The notes: generated from the sequence alone by a model not told the origin. A stretch of 64,000 nucleotides of DNA from a virus (IMGVR_UViG_3300028887_000087); one strand, 5' to 3'; positions 8,959 through 19,142 are shown, counted from the first letter of the stretch. A program made the numbers and translations.

Positions 8959-10233
8959 ATGTCGAAAAATATCAGATGGCTTGCATATCAGCCTCTTATC
9001 GGCGGAATGGACATCGGAGCTGAAAAGGCTTTTGGCTGCCCACCTACTGCAGTTCTTGACTACGATGGAATTGCAAATTCGGAGTTGTATCTCAACTATA
9101 TGAATGAGGTAAAAGGCAACAAGCTTAAACATTTTTATTTGAATGGCGGAGCCTATTCTCTTGCTGAAGATTTCAAACCGGAAGTTGATGCAGAAGGAAA
9201 CGAAAAGGTTGTTTGGAATTGGGATATGCCTGAGTTTAAGGACCTTGATGTTGTTGTAGGTGTTCCTATTTGTGCAGGACTTTCTTCAGCAAATACTCAG
9301 TCAGGCAGCAACTCAAAGATGGGTCGTGGTTCTGATGCTATGCAGAACAACAATATGTTGGGTATGCTTTCGAATGTTTTGAAATATTTGAAGCCTAAAG
9401 TTTACATTTTTGAAAATGCTTACAAACTTGCAACACCTCTTGGAGCAGGTATCAAAGAAAAGCTTACAAAGATGGCAAACGAGGCAGGTTATGGTGTCAA
9501 CCTTGTAAAAGTAAATACTTTGCATCACGGTCTCCCACAGAACAGAACTCGTACATTTATGATTTGTGTAAAGGACAGCAACGCTCCTTATCTTGAATAT
9601 GATGGTCCTGCTCCTATTCCTGCAATTATGGACATCATTGGTGACTTGCCAAAACAGCAGGGTGCTTGTCAGGTTCGTTCAGCTGATGACGGCTGGATAA
9701 AATGGTTGAAGAGCAAATGGGGTGATAAATATCGCGAAGAGTGGGCAAAGCACAACGCTGCTGCTGACTTCTGTGCTGACGAATGTGGTGAACTTGCAAA
9801 TGTAAAGGACTTCTTCGAAAGACAGAAAGATAAAGACGATATTGATTACTTCATTTCAAAGAAAGCCCAGGGAAAAGGTTGGATGTCAGGTGCTCCACTT
9901 TATTTTGGTACACACAAACTTCCTTCTTTGTACGGTCGTTCAATGGGTCGTATTTGGCACCCAGTTGAAGAGCGTGGTTATTCAATCCGTGAATGTATGA
10001 GATTGATGGCTTTGCCTGATGATTTCCCAGAAGTACCTAAACAGAAGATGGGTATGATTGGTCAGAATGTTCCTGTATGTACAGCACAGTATTACTGTAA
10101 TGAAGTTAAGAAGTTCCTTGAAGGAAAACTTAACATTGCAGAAACACAGAATGTTGACCAAGACTTCTGCTCTGAGGCAAAAACAAAGCCGAAGAAATCA
10201 ATCCCAAGCGGGTTCAACAAGTTTATGAAATAA
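8959..10233 (+). CDS. DNA (cytosine-5)-methyltransferase-like protein with atypical motif IV
   Basis: Motif I LIGGMDIGAEKAFG; ENV-like IFENAYKL; motif VIII LPQNRTRTFMI; motif X GQNVPV; PCQ replaced by VPICAGLS. Confidence 0.6.
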   Translation: MSKNIRWLAYQPLIGGMDIGAEKAFGCPPTAVLDYDGIANSELYLNYMNEVKGNKLKHFYLNGGAYSLAEDFKPEVDAEGNEKVVWNWDMPEFKDLDVVVGVPICAGLSSANTQSGSNSKMGRGSDAMQNNNMLGMLSNVLKYLKPKVYIFENAYKLATPLGAGIKEKLTKMANEAGYGVNLVKVNTLHHGLPQNRTRTFMICVKDSNAPYLEYDGPAPIPAIMDIIGDLPKQQGACQVRSADDGWIKWLKSKWGDKYREEWAKHNAAADFCADECGELANVKDFFERQKDKDDIDYFISKKAQGKGWMSGAPLYFGTHKLPSLYGRSMGRIWHPVEERGYSIRECMRLMALPDDFPEVPKQKMGMIGQNVPVCTAQYYCNEVKKFLEGKLNIAETQNVDQDFCSEAKTKPKKSIPSGFNKFMK

Positions 10234-10238
10234 AATAA

Positions 10239-10268
10239 GGCGGGCTTCGGTCCGCCGTTAATATTTTA
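10239..10268 (+). terminator. Rho-independent terminator-like hairpin (GGCGGGC-TTCG-GTCCGCC)
   Basis: 7-bp GC stem, TTCG tetraloop, T-rich tail interrupted by TTAATAT box. Confidence 0.45.
10257..10264 (+). promoter_or_regulatory. class-2 TTAATAT box (with SD-containing leader to ATG 10283)
   Basis: gttaatattttaaatggaggttcactATG. Confidence 0.35.
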
Positions 10269-10282
10269 AATGGAGGTTCACT

Positions 10283-10549
10283 ATGGATTTGACAAAACTT
10301 AATCTTAAAGGTTTTCATTATAACCCAGACATTGAAAGCAAAATAAAGTGTTGGTCTTATGACCGCGATGGAGATGAAGATTGTTGGATTGAAATAAGTG
10401 AAGACTCTTTCGACAACGAACGTCTTATCGTTACTTTTACAGAAAGATGCTCTCCTGTTGCAATCACAACTTTTCTCGTTCCTGAAATTGATTATCTCGA
10501 GGAATGGCTTAATAAAACAATCGAAACAAAGGCAGTGTTCTCTTACTAA
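10283..10549 (+). CDS. hypothetical acidic protein (88 aa)
   Basis: GGAGG RBS. Confidence 0.5.
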   Translation: MDLTKLNLKGFHYNPDIESKIKCWSYDRDGDEDCWIEISEDSFDNERLIVTFTERCSPVAITTFLVPEIDYLEEWLNKTIETKAVFSY

Positions 10550-10571
10550 TTGATTTAAGAAGGACACCTCA

Positions 10572-10754
10572 ATGCTTGAAAAAGAAGACTATGAAAATGA
10601 CAAACCTATAGAAGTTGCTTATGATGAATTTTCAAAAAAGTATAAGGAACTTTTTGATGTTGCAAACGCTGCAGTTATAAGGTTTGTATTTTCAGAAGGT
10701 TGGAAAGCACACAAGAATTATATTGATGTGTGTTATGGGGATGACGGCAAATAA
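10572..10754 (+). CDS. hypothetical protein (60 aa)
   Basis: ORF. Confidence 0.4.
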   Translation: MLEKEDYENDKPIEVAYDEFSKKYKELFDVANAAVIRFVFSEGWKAHKNYIDVCYGDDGK

Positions 10755-10978
10755 TGTATTTCGCAGTAATAGAAAAGAAAACAAGAACTCGTTTTTATTT
10801 TGCAGGATATGATACCTCGAAGAGAGGCTTGTGTCGTTGGTCTCAATCAAAACTTCAAGCAGTAAATCTGTCAGATGTTAATATAATTGAAAAATTGAGA
10901 AGATTCTTAGTACTTAATTCAATCTTCGACACAAACATCTACCGATTTGAGGCTATTGATGAGCAGCACATATATTAA
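10754..10978 (+). CDS. hypothetical protein (74 aa)
   Basis: TAATG coupling. Confidence 0.4.
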   Translation: MYFAVIEKKTRTRFYFAGYDTSKRGLCRWSQSKLQAVNLSDVNIIEKLRRFLVLNSIFDTNIYRFEAIDEQHIY

Positions 10979-11642
10979 AGATTTATACAAAAAGAACTTC
11001 GTTCCTGAAAATGAAATCCAAAAAAGAATTGAAAATACAGCAGAGTTTTGTTGCTACCTAACACAGAATCCTGATAAGCTTGAGCCTATTTATGATTGGA
11101 TGCTCAACTTATATTTCAATGGTCTTGACGCAAACTCTGAAGTTGTAATGTTTGATGAGGATGTTAAAAGATTTGCAAAATGTGGGTATAAAGTTATTCC
11201 TATTGTGTTTCACGAAGCAATTGGTTCAATCGCAGAAAACAGTCCTTTAGGATTTGTATTAGATGTGTGGGACCAAAACTCACCTGAGTGTCTTGATTTA
11301 AGAGAACAAGAGTACGTTACTGATTTGCTTAAAAAAATAAAATTCAAATGTGATGAATACGCTTTTGTCGATATGAATTGGGACTACTTTTTTGCACAAT
11401 GTTGGAGAACAGTAATTCACGAAGCTTTTGAATTTTATTATGGCACAACATATCAGAGAGCAGTTGATAACATTATCAATCAAAAGATAAATAAAATTAT
11501 GAAAGAAGAAGGCCTTGAATTGACATACATAAAAGAACTTGACCCAAAACAAAAAATGAGTTGTATTGGTTTTGATATGTCAAATGTATGGCCAAAAATT
11601 CCTGCCAAAGATCTTATTATCAGAATGGAAGATTTAAAGTAA
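10959..11642 (+). CDS. hypothetical protein (~227 aa)
   Basis: ATG 10959 (TTG alt 10947). Confidence 0.5.
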   Translation: MSSTYIKDLYKKNFVPENEIQKRIENTAEFCCYLTQNPDKLEPIYDWMLNLYFNGLDANSEVVMFDEDVKRFAKCGYKVIPIVFHEAIGSIAENSPLGFVLDVWDQNSPECLDLREQEYVTDLLKKIKFKCDEYAFVDMNWDYFFAQCWRTVIHEAFEFYYGTTYQRAVDNIINQKINKIMKEEGLELTYIKELDPKQKMSCIGFDMSNVWPKIPAKDLIIRMEDLK

Positions 11643-11678
11643 TCTTCTTGCCGTTTAGTTTAAAAAACTAATTTTATT

Positions 11679-13175
11679 ATGGCAGAAGAGTTTCTTAAAA
11701 AAGTATATGACCGCTACTTGGGTTCTGATTATGAATTCGGTGATTCTGACTTAAACCCAAAAAGAGAAATTTCAAAAACTAATCTTGAAGAGTTGGAGCT
11801 TGAAGAAGATGCAATTATGGAAAAAATTGCAAATCGTCTTCGTGAGCTTCACGCAATGGCGACATCTCTGCCAAAGTACAAAGTTCCTGAAAAGATTGAT
11901 AACGATGACTTCAAGACAGAGTCTTCAGGTGCAGGTTTAGGACCTGACCCAAACCCAGAAGTAAATGCAAACGAACTCGCAATGAAATTGAGTTTGGGTG
12001 GTGACCCAACTGATACTCACTTATTGCTCCCAGGCGGTGGACTTGATTCTCAGGTTGACTTCTTGGTAGGCGAACTTGAAAACATTCTTATAAACGTTCT
12101 TGCAGTTTCTCCTCCTGAGCCTGGGCCTGGGCCATTCCCTGGGGGTGGTGGTGACTTAACACAATTATACAACCCTGGGTGTGATGACTTCGATGACGAT
12201 GGCAATGAAGAGTTTGAAGACCAAAGTAATCTTCTCGACGATTTGAAAAAAGGTATCAACGCATCTCTTAATTCCGATGGAAACGGAGATGACGACAGTG
12301 GCAACGAAGATGATGACGGTGGCAGTGGCGGTGGAGAAGCAAAAAAGAAAAGTGCTGCTGAAGCTGCTGACGATTCTGCAGGTGAAAATAACGCAAATAG
12401 AGACGCTGCCGCTGCTGAAAGAGAAAAAGAAGTTGTTGAATGTATTGCAAAAGAACTTCCTATTCTTTCGGCTATTCTTGCAATCTTAAAAGTTGTAAAT
12501 GTTCTTAAGAAAGTTCTTCTCTTAATTCTCACAATTGTTGTTCCTATTGTAAAGATGATTACTTTTGCTGCTCAGTGTTGGATTAACCCTCCTGCTGCAG
12601 GACAAGTTATTCAAATGGTAGCAGAAAAAATTGCAGCTTTACTTATTTCAGCAATCGGTGAAATTTTGCAAATGCTTTGGAATATGTTGGAACTTGATTG
12701 TAAGACAGAACAAGTACAGTCAGTACTTGACCAAATAAATGAAGTTCTTTCAGGTATTTCAAGTTCAATCAGTTCAACAAAGTCTGCTGCTATCAGTTTT
12801 GCAAATCAAGGTAAAGCTTTGGCAAATGAACTTGCTGATGCGTTTAGTAAAGACAAGTTTGAGCAAGGTGCTGAAAACTGGAAAAATGCAGTTAAGTCTT
12901 GGGCTGAAGAAGATTCTTGGAATCAGGGTAAAGAAGCATTCAATCAACAACTTTTTGGTGGAGAAGGCTTCTCAGGCGCAGGACTTGAAAATCTTATGTC
13001 GAAAGCTCTCCCACAAGATATTAAGAGTAAACTTAATAATGTTATCAACAGTACTAAACAAGTGGTTGATAATACAAAGAACGCAGTTAAAGAAGTTGAT
13101 ACTGAAGATAAGACAGGTGTTCAGCAGAAACTTAACGACCTTGCTTCATTCTTAGGTCCTTTCAGCGTAAAATAA
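11679..13175 (+). CDS. acidic low-complexity (D/G/P-rich) protein with central hydrophobic TM helices; possible internal virion/ejection protein
   Basis: PEPGPGPFPGGGGD, DGNGDDDSGNEDDDGGSGGG then ILSAILAILKVVNVLKKVLLLILTIVVPIV. Confidence 0.55.
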   Translation: MAEEFLKKVYDRYLGSDYEFGDSDLNPKREISKTNLEELELEEDAIMEKIANRLRELHAMATSLPKYKVPEKIDNDDFKTESSGAGLGPDPNPEVNANELAMKLSLGGDPTDTHLLLPGGGLDSQVDFLVGELENILINVLAVSPPEPGPGPFPGGGGDLTQLYNPGCDDFDDDGNEEFEDQSNLLDDLKKGINASLNSDGNGDDDSGNEDDDGGSGGGEAKKKSAAEAADDSAGENNANRDAAAAEREKEVVECIAKELPILSAILAILKVVNVLKKVLLLILTIVVPIVKMITFAAQCWINPPAAGQVIQMVAEKIAALLISAIGEILQMLWNMLELDCKTEQVQSVLDQINEVLSGISSSISSTKSAAISFANQGKALANELADAFSKDKFEQGAENWKNAVKSWAEEDSWNQGKEAFNQQLFGGEGFSGAGLENLMSKALPQDIKSKLNNVINSTKQVVDNTKNAVKEVDTEDKTGVQQKLNDLASFLGPFSVK

Positions 13176-13201
13176 AATATGAGACTAAATTATAGAGGTC
13201 A

Positions 13202-16200
13202 TTGATGAATTTAGATAACTTTTTTGACGGTACCGCAACAGATTGGACATCCCTTACAGGTGCTATTAAACAGAAGAAGTCTGTAAACGAAAGCTTCTTC
13301 AAAAAGATGTACGATGCTGCTGGGAAGACACCTCGATACAACACAGTAAAAGATGCTTATGGAAATTATGTAAATGTTCCTATCTCTGATACAAATGGCA
13401 CAGGCGCAGTTGCAAACGGTAAAAACGAATGGACTTTATCTGAGTTTTTGAATTTGCAAAAAGCTGGCGAAGATAGTGCTGAACTTGCATCTTACCTTGA
13501 CCTCAAAGGTTGGACATTAAGATCACTTGGCGATGACGCAGGTGAAAAGCTCAACAATCAAATAAATACTCAAGCTGCTTTACAAGTTATTCAAAACTTT
13601 TATGATATGTACATATCTCCTGTAGGTGAAACTGATGCAAAGTATCGTCTTGGTGATGTCACAGGTAAAGCAAAGCCGGGGACTGTAAATAATCAGACTG
13701 ATGAGTTCGGCCGTTTAAGAACTCGTGCGCTTTTCAATTCAAAAGTTGATTATAAAGAATGGGAAGGAACTTCTCTTAAAGATAAGACAGAATATTATTC
13801 TGTTATTTGGTTCCCACCTTATTCTCCATTAAATATTAAGCCTACTTCTTGGAAAGGCATCAGTACAAAAAAGTATGATAAAGCCACAGGTCTTGAAGTT
13901 GATAACAACGGCTATCTTCTTGATGCAACAGGTCAGCGTATTAAGTACAGAGGCGAAGACGGTAAATTGTATTACAGAAAGTCACAAGGTGAAACTTCTT
14001 CTGTAAGTACAATGACAATGAAAGATTACCTTGCACAAGCAAAAGATAAAAGACAAAAAGAACTTGATGAAAAGAATCAAGAGTTGCGTGATGACGGAAA
14101 AGAGGTAACTGTTACAGAAGCTGAAGACACTCGCCTTGCAATCAAAAACGAAACAGACAAGTATTACGATACTTATGATATGGAAAGTGGTCTTGCTGCT
14201 CGTTCTTCATTTACATATCGTGCGCCTGGGTTTAAGGCAATCAATGACAATATCAATATGTTGCAGTGGGTTCTTGAAGGTATGTCAGGTATCGTTTCAA
14301 CATATCTTACAGAGTGGGACCTTTCAATATATCTTCAGGAAGGTTTAGTGACTAATACTGAAAGCACTTTGCCTAACATTATTATGTTGACACACCGCTT
14401 GGATAAGGACAATCCTAATCAATACGGATGGAAAGATTCAGAAGGAAATCCTGATGACCGTGCTGCATCTTGGGGTGTTATCAACTGTGCCATTTCAAAA
14501 ATATACGGTGACAATCATAAGTCTTGGATAATCAACGCCTATCCTTATGCACAATGGCATACACTTTATCCCGACCCAACTGCAATGTCAGGTTGGCTTG
14601 ATAAGATTACTGCTGCTGATGGTACAACTGCTTATGTACCAAACTATTATAGAATTGCAAAGGCAGGCTTACGCAATTACTTGGAAGGAAAAGATAATCA
14701 CGGAAGAGTAAGAGGCGATTCAGTTCAGAACAGATTGATGTTCCAAGATTTTGAAGGTGCTGCTCTTTCAGGTTATAAAGAATGGAATTACGGCAACAAA
14801 ATTTGGAAAGCATTGTACACGTCTGCTGACGATGGCTTCTCTGATGTTGATATTCTTTTCTTGCAGACTGCAATCGGTCTTTATCACAAAAGAGATTTAA
14901 TTGAAGATGTTCAGATAATCAATTACCAAGTAGGTGGAAACGGTGAGCCTTATGATGGCTATGATATGATTGTCGGTGGTAACGATGCTTCAGGTAATGG
15001 TCAGAACACAGGTTATTCTTTCAATGACCCAGAAGAAGGTTCGGGTGGTAATAAGTACTGCCCAGGCTCAGTTTTCAAAGGTGCGTTGACATTCTTAAAT
15101 ATGTTCAATAAGAGAGACTCGTCAAAAGAGTCAGCACTTTCAAGAGCAGGCGCAAACGGTGACGGAAGCGTAAGTGAAAACAAAAATGTATATGGTACCA
15201 TTCAGGATTCTCTTGGTGCAACAAAAGCTGCGAGCTCAAACAATGCTATTGATGAAGGTGCTGAACACGCATACTTGTTAGGTACTGATAAAGGTCTTAC
15301 AGATAATTCAAACGGTGTTGGTGTACCTCAGTATAACCCAACACTTTATGGTGGACCTCACTCTTATTACCGTTCACCAAAATCATATCAATCTTACTAT
15401 CAGGAAAACAATATCTTCTTAAGAAATGTTCCTCGTATTGATAAGTGTCCTGACAGCTTTGACCACGATGCAGATAATGGTATTACTTGGCCATCACTTC
15501 CAAACTGGCAGGATAACTATTATTACAAAGGAAACGAAAAATGGTGTTCAAATGTTTCAGCTGTTGTAAACGGTGAAAGACAAGCTTATGAGCAATCTTG
15601 GTCTGCAGGTCTTGCAAGACTTAAAAAAGGACATCATAGTACAGGTGAAGTTCCTGCATATCTTCGTGTAAAAGTTTACAGTGATGTTGAGTTCTATGCA
15701 CAGCTTCAGTGGCACTGGGGTTGGAATTATTGGCACTGGGGTTGGTGGGAATGGAGATGGACTCGTCCAACACATTTCTCAAACGGTGAGCCTTATCATT
15801 ACGAAGGTTATGGTTGGTGGCAATGGTTCCACAAAGACCTCGGCTTGACTTCAAGTTGGTGGTGGTACGGTTGTTGGAATCACGGTTGGTACGATTACTA
15901 TTGGAATAGATATTATAATTACTCTTGGTATTACCGTTGGGAATGGACAGGCAACTGGTGGGGTTGGCGTTTGTCTGTTGCTTATTATGCGCCTTGTCAA
16001 AGAGCTTGGCATTATGAATGGAAATTTACAACATTCAAAAGATATGTACTCCATTCAGAGCCAAATGCGCCTTGGAGAATTGTTCAAACAAGACATTACG
16101 AATCTTATTTGCCAAACAACTCAAGCAGCGTATTTAAGAACGCTTGGAATAATTCTTATAGGGCATTATTCGGCTATTCAAGAGATTATGCGTACCTCTT

Positions 16201-19114
16201 TGCAACACAACCTAATGAGGATTACGAATTATTTGTAGACGGACCTCAAGGCGGCAATTATTCTAATTGGAGCATCCTCAATGAAGCAACAGGACAGGTG
16301 TTGAATGTTTACCAAACTAACGCTGAACACAATATTATGACAAGTATTGTTGACTGGTGGGGCGGTATGATTGGTGCGCACAACAAAGCATTCTTCTTGA
16401 CAAGAGATGGTGCGGGTCGTCCTGATTGTTTGTTCCGTGCGGAAATATTCCACAATCAAAAGCCAGTTTATTACTTCTGTTTACACTCAAGAACATATTC
16501 TTCAAATAAACGAAAGTATTGGTGGGAAAGACACTGTGGTTGGAAAACTTATATGTCTGTTAAGTTGTACTCAACTGACAGATTCTGGGCGGGACTTTCA
16601 AAGCCAACATTTACAAACTATGGTTCAGTAAATAACGGTGAAGAATCTATCGGTGTATCTTCTCCTCCTATTGATGGAAACGTAACTGCAGAAACTGCAA
16701 ACAACTCAATTCTTTCTGTAATGGGCGTAGGCTACACAGGTACAAATTGTTGCGAAACAAGAAAGACACCTTACGACCTTATCACAGGAATTACAGGAAG
16801 AGAAATTCCGTTATTTGATACAACAATCGTAGCAGACGGTATCGTCGGTGCTGACCGTATGATTGCATCTTATAACGGTATCTCAGGTGTAGGTATTATC
16901 GGTGACATCCCAGGCCTTGACTTTGAGGCAGATGACGGCGCGGAAATATATTCAAATAAATGTTGTTCTAAACAAAAAGCAGCTGATATGAACGGCGGCT
17001 CTTGGATGGATGTTGCTTTCAAAAATATAAGATTCCCAATGTGGCAGATTTCAGGTTGGATAAACAAAGGTGAAGTCACAATCAACGGAAACACTTATCG
17101 TCCTGAAGGAAACGGTTTTGCAATTTATAGTGAAATAACACCTCCTGATTGGTGGCACGCAATGATTCTCAATATGGGGTTGAGAAACACATTCTATCGT
17201 GGCGATGCAAACGGTCCTTTAAGAGTTAACTTCAAGGTTCTTCAGTACGGTATTGATGTTGAAGGAAAGAGCTTTGCTGATGCACTTACTTATATTGAGT
17301 CAAGAGGCTGTACAGTACAATCTGCTGCAGGTTCATTCAAGATTAAAGCAAGTGACATCAGAACTTATACAACAGTTAAACGTTTAGTCACATTAAGCAA
17401 AGATGGCGTTGAGTACGTTGAAAATCACGACATCGTAGACACAGTTTACTTAAAGAATGCTTGGTCTGCATTGAAGTATTATTTTACTTCTTTCGACATC
17501 GCACCAAGATTCTTGTATAATATTCTTGCAACACAAGAAGGTTATCTCAACTTTGCAAAAGACTTTATCTGCGGTAAAGATGAACACGGTCAGTACATTG
17601 TTTCATTTGACTTTATTCGTAAAATGATTGAAGGTACTGCAAAATCTCCTGGGCTTATTTCACCAAGAACTTATTATCTTGCTGACCCAAGAAAGAATTA
17701 TATTGCGGACCCTAATGGTGATGTAATTATCAATGAGAAAACAGGTTCTCAAAGTTCTCTTAATAGCAACGGTACTCTTCCTGCAGGTTGTATTAAAGCT
17801 TCTTGGTGTGAAGATATTTATGGCTATAATCCTTGGATTAAGACAGCTCGTGAATGGTTCTGCAACAGCCCTTCAGAAAATCAAAGATTGCACGATGACT
17901 TAGGTTTAGTACTTGACCAAAGAAAGAATACAATTCTTAAAGTACAACGTTTGCTTGAGCCTTATCTTTATATGGATATGGGTTCATATTCATACAACAG
18001 TATGAACACAGCTTGGAAGTCAGTAAATGAATTTATTGATTTGAAAACAAATGAAGAGCCTGAAAGATTCTTACTTGCTTACCTCAACGTATTGTATGAA
18101 GCAAGAAGATACTTTATCAATAAGAGATGTAATAAACAGGACGGTACTTTATGGATGTGTCGTCACCTTGAGAAGATGCTTCCTCAGGTTATCGGTTCCG
18201 CTGTTGCATCTGCAGGTACTGTTGATATGACAGCATTCCAAGGTAAGTCTTCAAAGATTGATGTTTCATTCTATGAAATACAAAATACACTTGCTATGAA
18301 AGCTGATGTTCTTAAGAAGCAGGCACAAGGTTCAAATGCAGAACTTGAGCCTGATAGAATTAAGACAGTTTATGTCAAGGTTAAATATGTTTCTTATGAA
18401 AGATACTTGGCTTGTCAAGCAAAACTCAAAGACGGTACATTAAAGCGCACTGACGAAAGAGTTGTTCCTGTTCAGCCTATTGCTTTCGTTAAGAAAAGAG
18501 ACGGTTCTTTCAAGAATAAAGCAAACGGTGATAAACTTGCTGCTGATGAAACTTGGAATGAAAACGGCTGGGCAATTAGAAAAGGTAAGATTAAGTACGC
18601 AGTTAAACCTGAAGACGGTGTTTATAAATTGTATTCAGTTGAAAAGCACCGTGATGAAGATAACGCTGCAAAGAAACTTCAAAATCCAAACGGTCCATAT
18701 ATCACATACGACTATGATGATGCAAAATGGAATATTGATTGGAGTAAGATGGCTGAAGATAATCAAATCCTTTTCAATTATTATGGCGGCGTTGATACTT
18801 CTGCTCTCAAGGATTTGACTGCAAGTGGTGAGACTGACCCACAGGCACTTCTTTGTGGTGCAAAGCAAGCAGCAGACTATTGGATCATTCCAGTTCAAAG
18901 TGCTTTGCCTAGAGCAATCGGTTATCGTTCTCAACTTACACTTGAAATGATAACAGATGGAAGTATTGGTATGGAAGGCGTATCAACAAAAGACAACCCA
19001 GTTGCTTTGGTTGGTGCTTCTGCTTATGCTATGTGGCCAATCGTTGAAGATCAAACAGACGTTATGCCAAATAACGGTGACTTTGCTAAAATTATGAGCG
19101 GTTTAGGAGCATAA
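13202..19114 (+). CDS. giant protein (1970 aa) with Trp-rich aromatic segment; probable virion structural protein
   Basis: Uninterrupted 5.9 kb ORF, AGAGG RBS; WHWGWNYWHWGWWEWRW... segment; no RNAP DxDGD motif. Confidence 0.7.
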   Translation: MMNLDNFFDGTATDWTSLTGAIKQKKSVNESFFKKMYDAAGKTPRYNTVKDAYGNYVNVPISDTNGTGAVANGKNEWTLSEFLNLQKAGEDSAELASYLDLKGWTLRSLGDDAGEKLNNQINTQAALQVIQNFYDMYISPVGETDAKYRLGDVTGKAKPGTVNNQTDEFGRLRTRALFNSKVDYKEWEGTSLKDKTEYYSVIWFPPYSPLNIKPTSWKGISTKKYDKATGLEVDNNGYLLDATGQRIKYRGEDGKLYYRKSQGETSSVSTMTMKDYLAQAKDKRQKELDEKNQELRDDGKEVTVTEAEDTRLAIKNETDKYYDTYDMESGLAARSSFTYRAPGFKAINDNINMLQWVLEGMSGIVSTYLTEWDLSIYLQEGLVTNTESTLPNIIMLTHRLDKDNPNQYGWKDSEGNPDDRAASWGVINCAISKIYGDNHKSWIINAYPYAQWHTLYPDPTAMSGWLDKITAADGTTAYVPNYYRIAKAGLRNYLEGKDNHGRVRGDSVQNRLMFQDFEGAALSGYKEWNYGNKIWKALYTSADDGFSDVDILFLQTAIGLYHKRDLIEDVQIINYQVGGNGEPYDGYDMIVGGNDASGNGQNTGYSFNDPEEGSGGNKYCPGSVFKGALTFLNMFNKRDSSKESALSRAGANGDGSVSENKNVYGTIQDSLGATKAASSNNAIDEGAEHAYLLGTDKGLTDNSNGVGVPQYNPTLYGGPHSYYRSPKSYQSYYQENNIFLRNVPRIDKCPDSFDHDADNGITWPSLPNWQDNYYYKGNEKWCSNVSAVVNGERQAYEQSWSAGLARLKKGHHSTGEVPAYLRVKVYSDVEFYAQLQWHWGWNYWHWGWWEWRWTRPTHFSNGEPYHYEGYGWWQWFHKDLGLTSSWWWYGCWNHGWYDYYWNRYYNYSWYYRWEWTGNWWGWRLSVAYYAPCQRAWHYEWKFTTFKRYVLHSEPNAPWRIVQTRHYESYLPNNSSSVFKNAWNNSYRALFGYSRDYAYLFATQPNEDYELFVDGPQGGNYSNWSILNEATGQVLNVYQTNAEHNIMTSIVDWWGGMIGAHNKAFFLTRDGAGRPDCLFRAEIFHNQKPVYYFCLHSRTYSSNKRKYWWERHCGWKTYMSVKLYSTDRFWAGLSKPTFTNYGSVNNGEESIGVSSPPIDGNVTAETANNSILSVMGVGYTGTNCCETRKTPYDLITGITGREIPLFDTTIVADGIVGADRMIASYNGISGVGIIGDIPGLDFEADDGAEIYSNKCCSKQKAADMNGGSWMDVAFKNIRFPMWQISGWINKGEVTINGNTYRPEGNGFAIYSEITPPDWWHAMILNMGLRNTFYRGDANGPLRVNFKVLQYGIDVEGKSFADALTYIESRGCTVQSAAGSFKIKASDIRTYTTVKRLVTLSKDGVEYVENHDIVDTVYLKNAWSALKYYFTSFDIAPRFLYNILATQEGYLNFAKDFICGKDEHGQYIVSFDFIRKMIEGTAKSPGLISPRTYYLADPRKNYIADPNGDVIINEKTGSQSSLNSNGTLPAGCIKASWCEDIYGYNPWIKTAREWFCNSPSENQRLHDDLGLVLDQRKNTILKVQRLLEPYLYMDMGSYSYNSMNTAWKSVNEFIDLKTNEEPERFLLAYLNVLYEARRYFINKRCNKQDGTLWMCRHLEKMLPQVIGSAVASAGTVDMTAFQGKSSKIDVSFYEIQNTLAMKADVLKKQAQGSNAELEPDRIKTVYVKVKYVSYERYLACQAKLKDGTLKRTDERVVPVQPIAFVKKRDGSFKNKANGDKLAADETWNENGWAIRKGKIKYAVKPEDGVYKLYSVEKHRDEDNAAKKLQNPNGPYITYDYDDAKWNIDWSKMAEDNQILFNYYGGVDTSALKDLTASGETDPQALLCGAKQAADYWIIPVQSALPRAIGYRSQLTLEMITDGSIGMEGVSTKDNPVALVGASAYAMWPIVEDQTDVMPNNGDFAKIMSGLGA

Positions 19115-19142
19115 ACTAAATAATATAAATGTCGGAGGTTTT

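Noticed and set aside
12050-12532. Minus-strand ORFs (160 aa, 60 aa) and a + strand 70-aa ORF inside the acidic-protein gene
   Set aside because: They lie entirely within a low-complexity GC-rich coding region on the sense strand, have no RBS, and have repeat-driven composition. They are artefacts of the D/G/S-rich repeats.
13202-19114. Giant 1970-aa protein as a crAss-like virion RNA polymerase
   Set aside because: No DxDGD or NADFDGD catalytic motifs are visible anywhere in the translation. The Trp-rich segment and the composition instead fit a structural or fibre protein.
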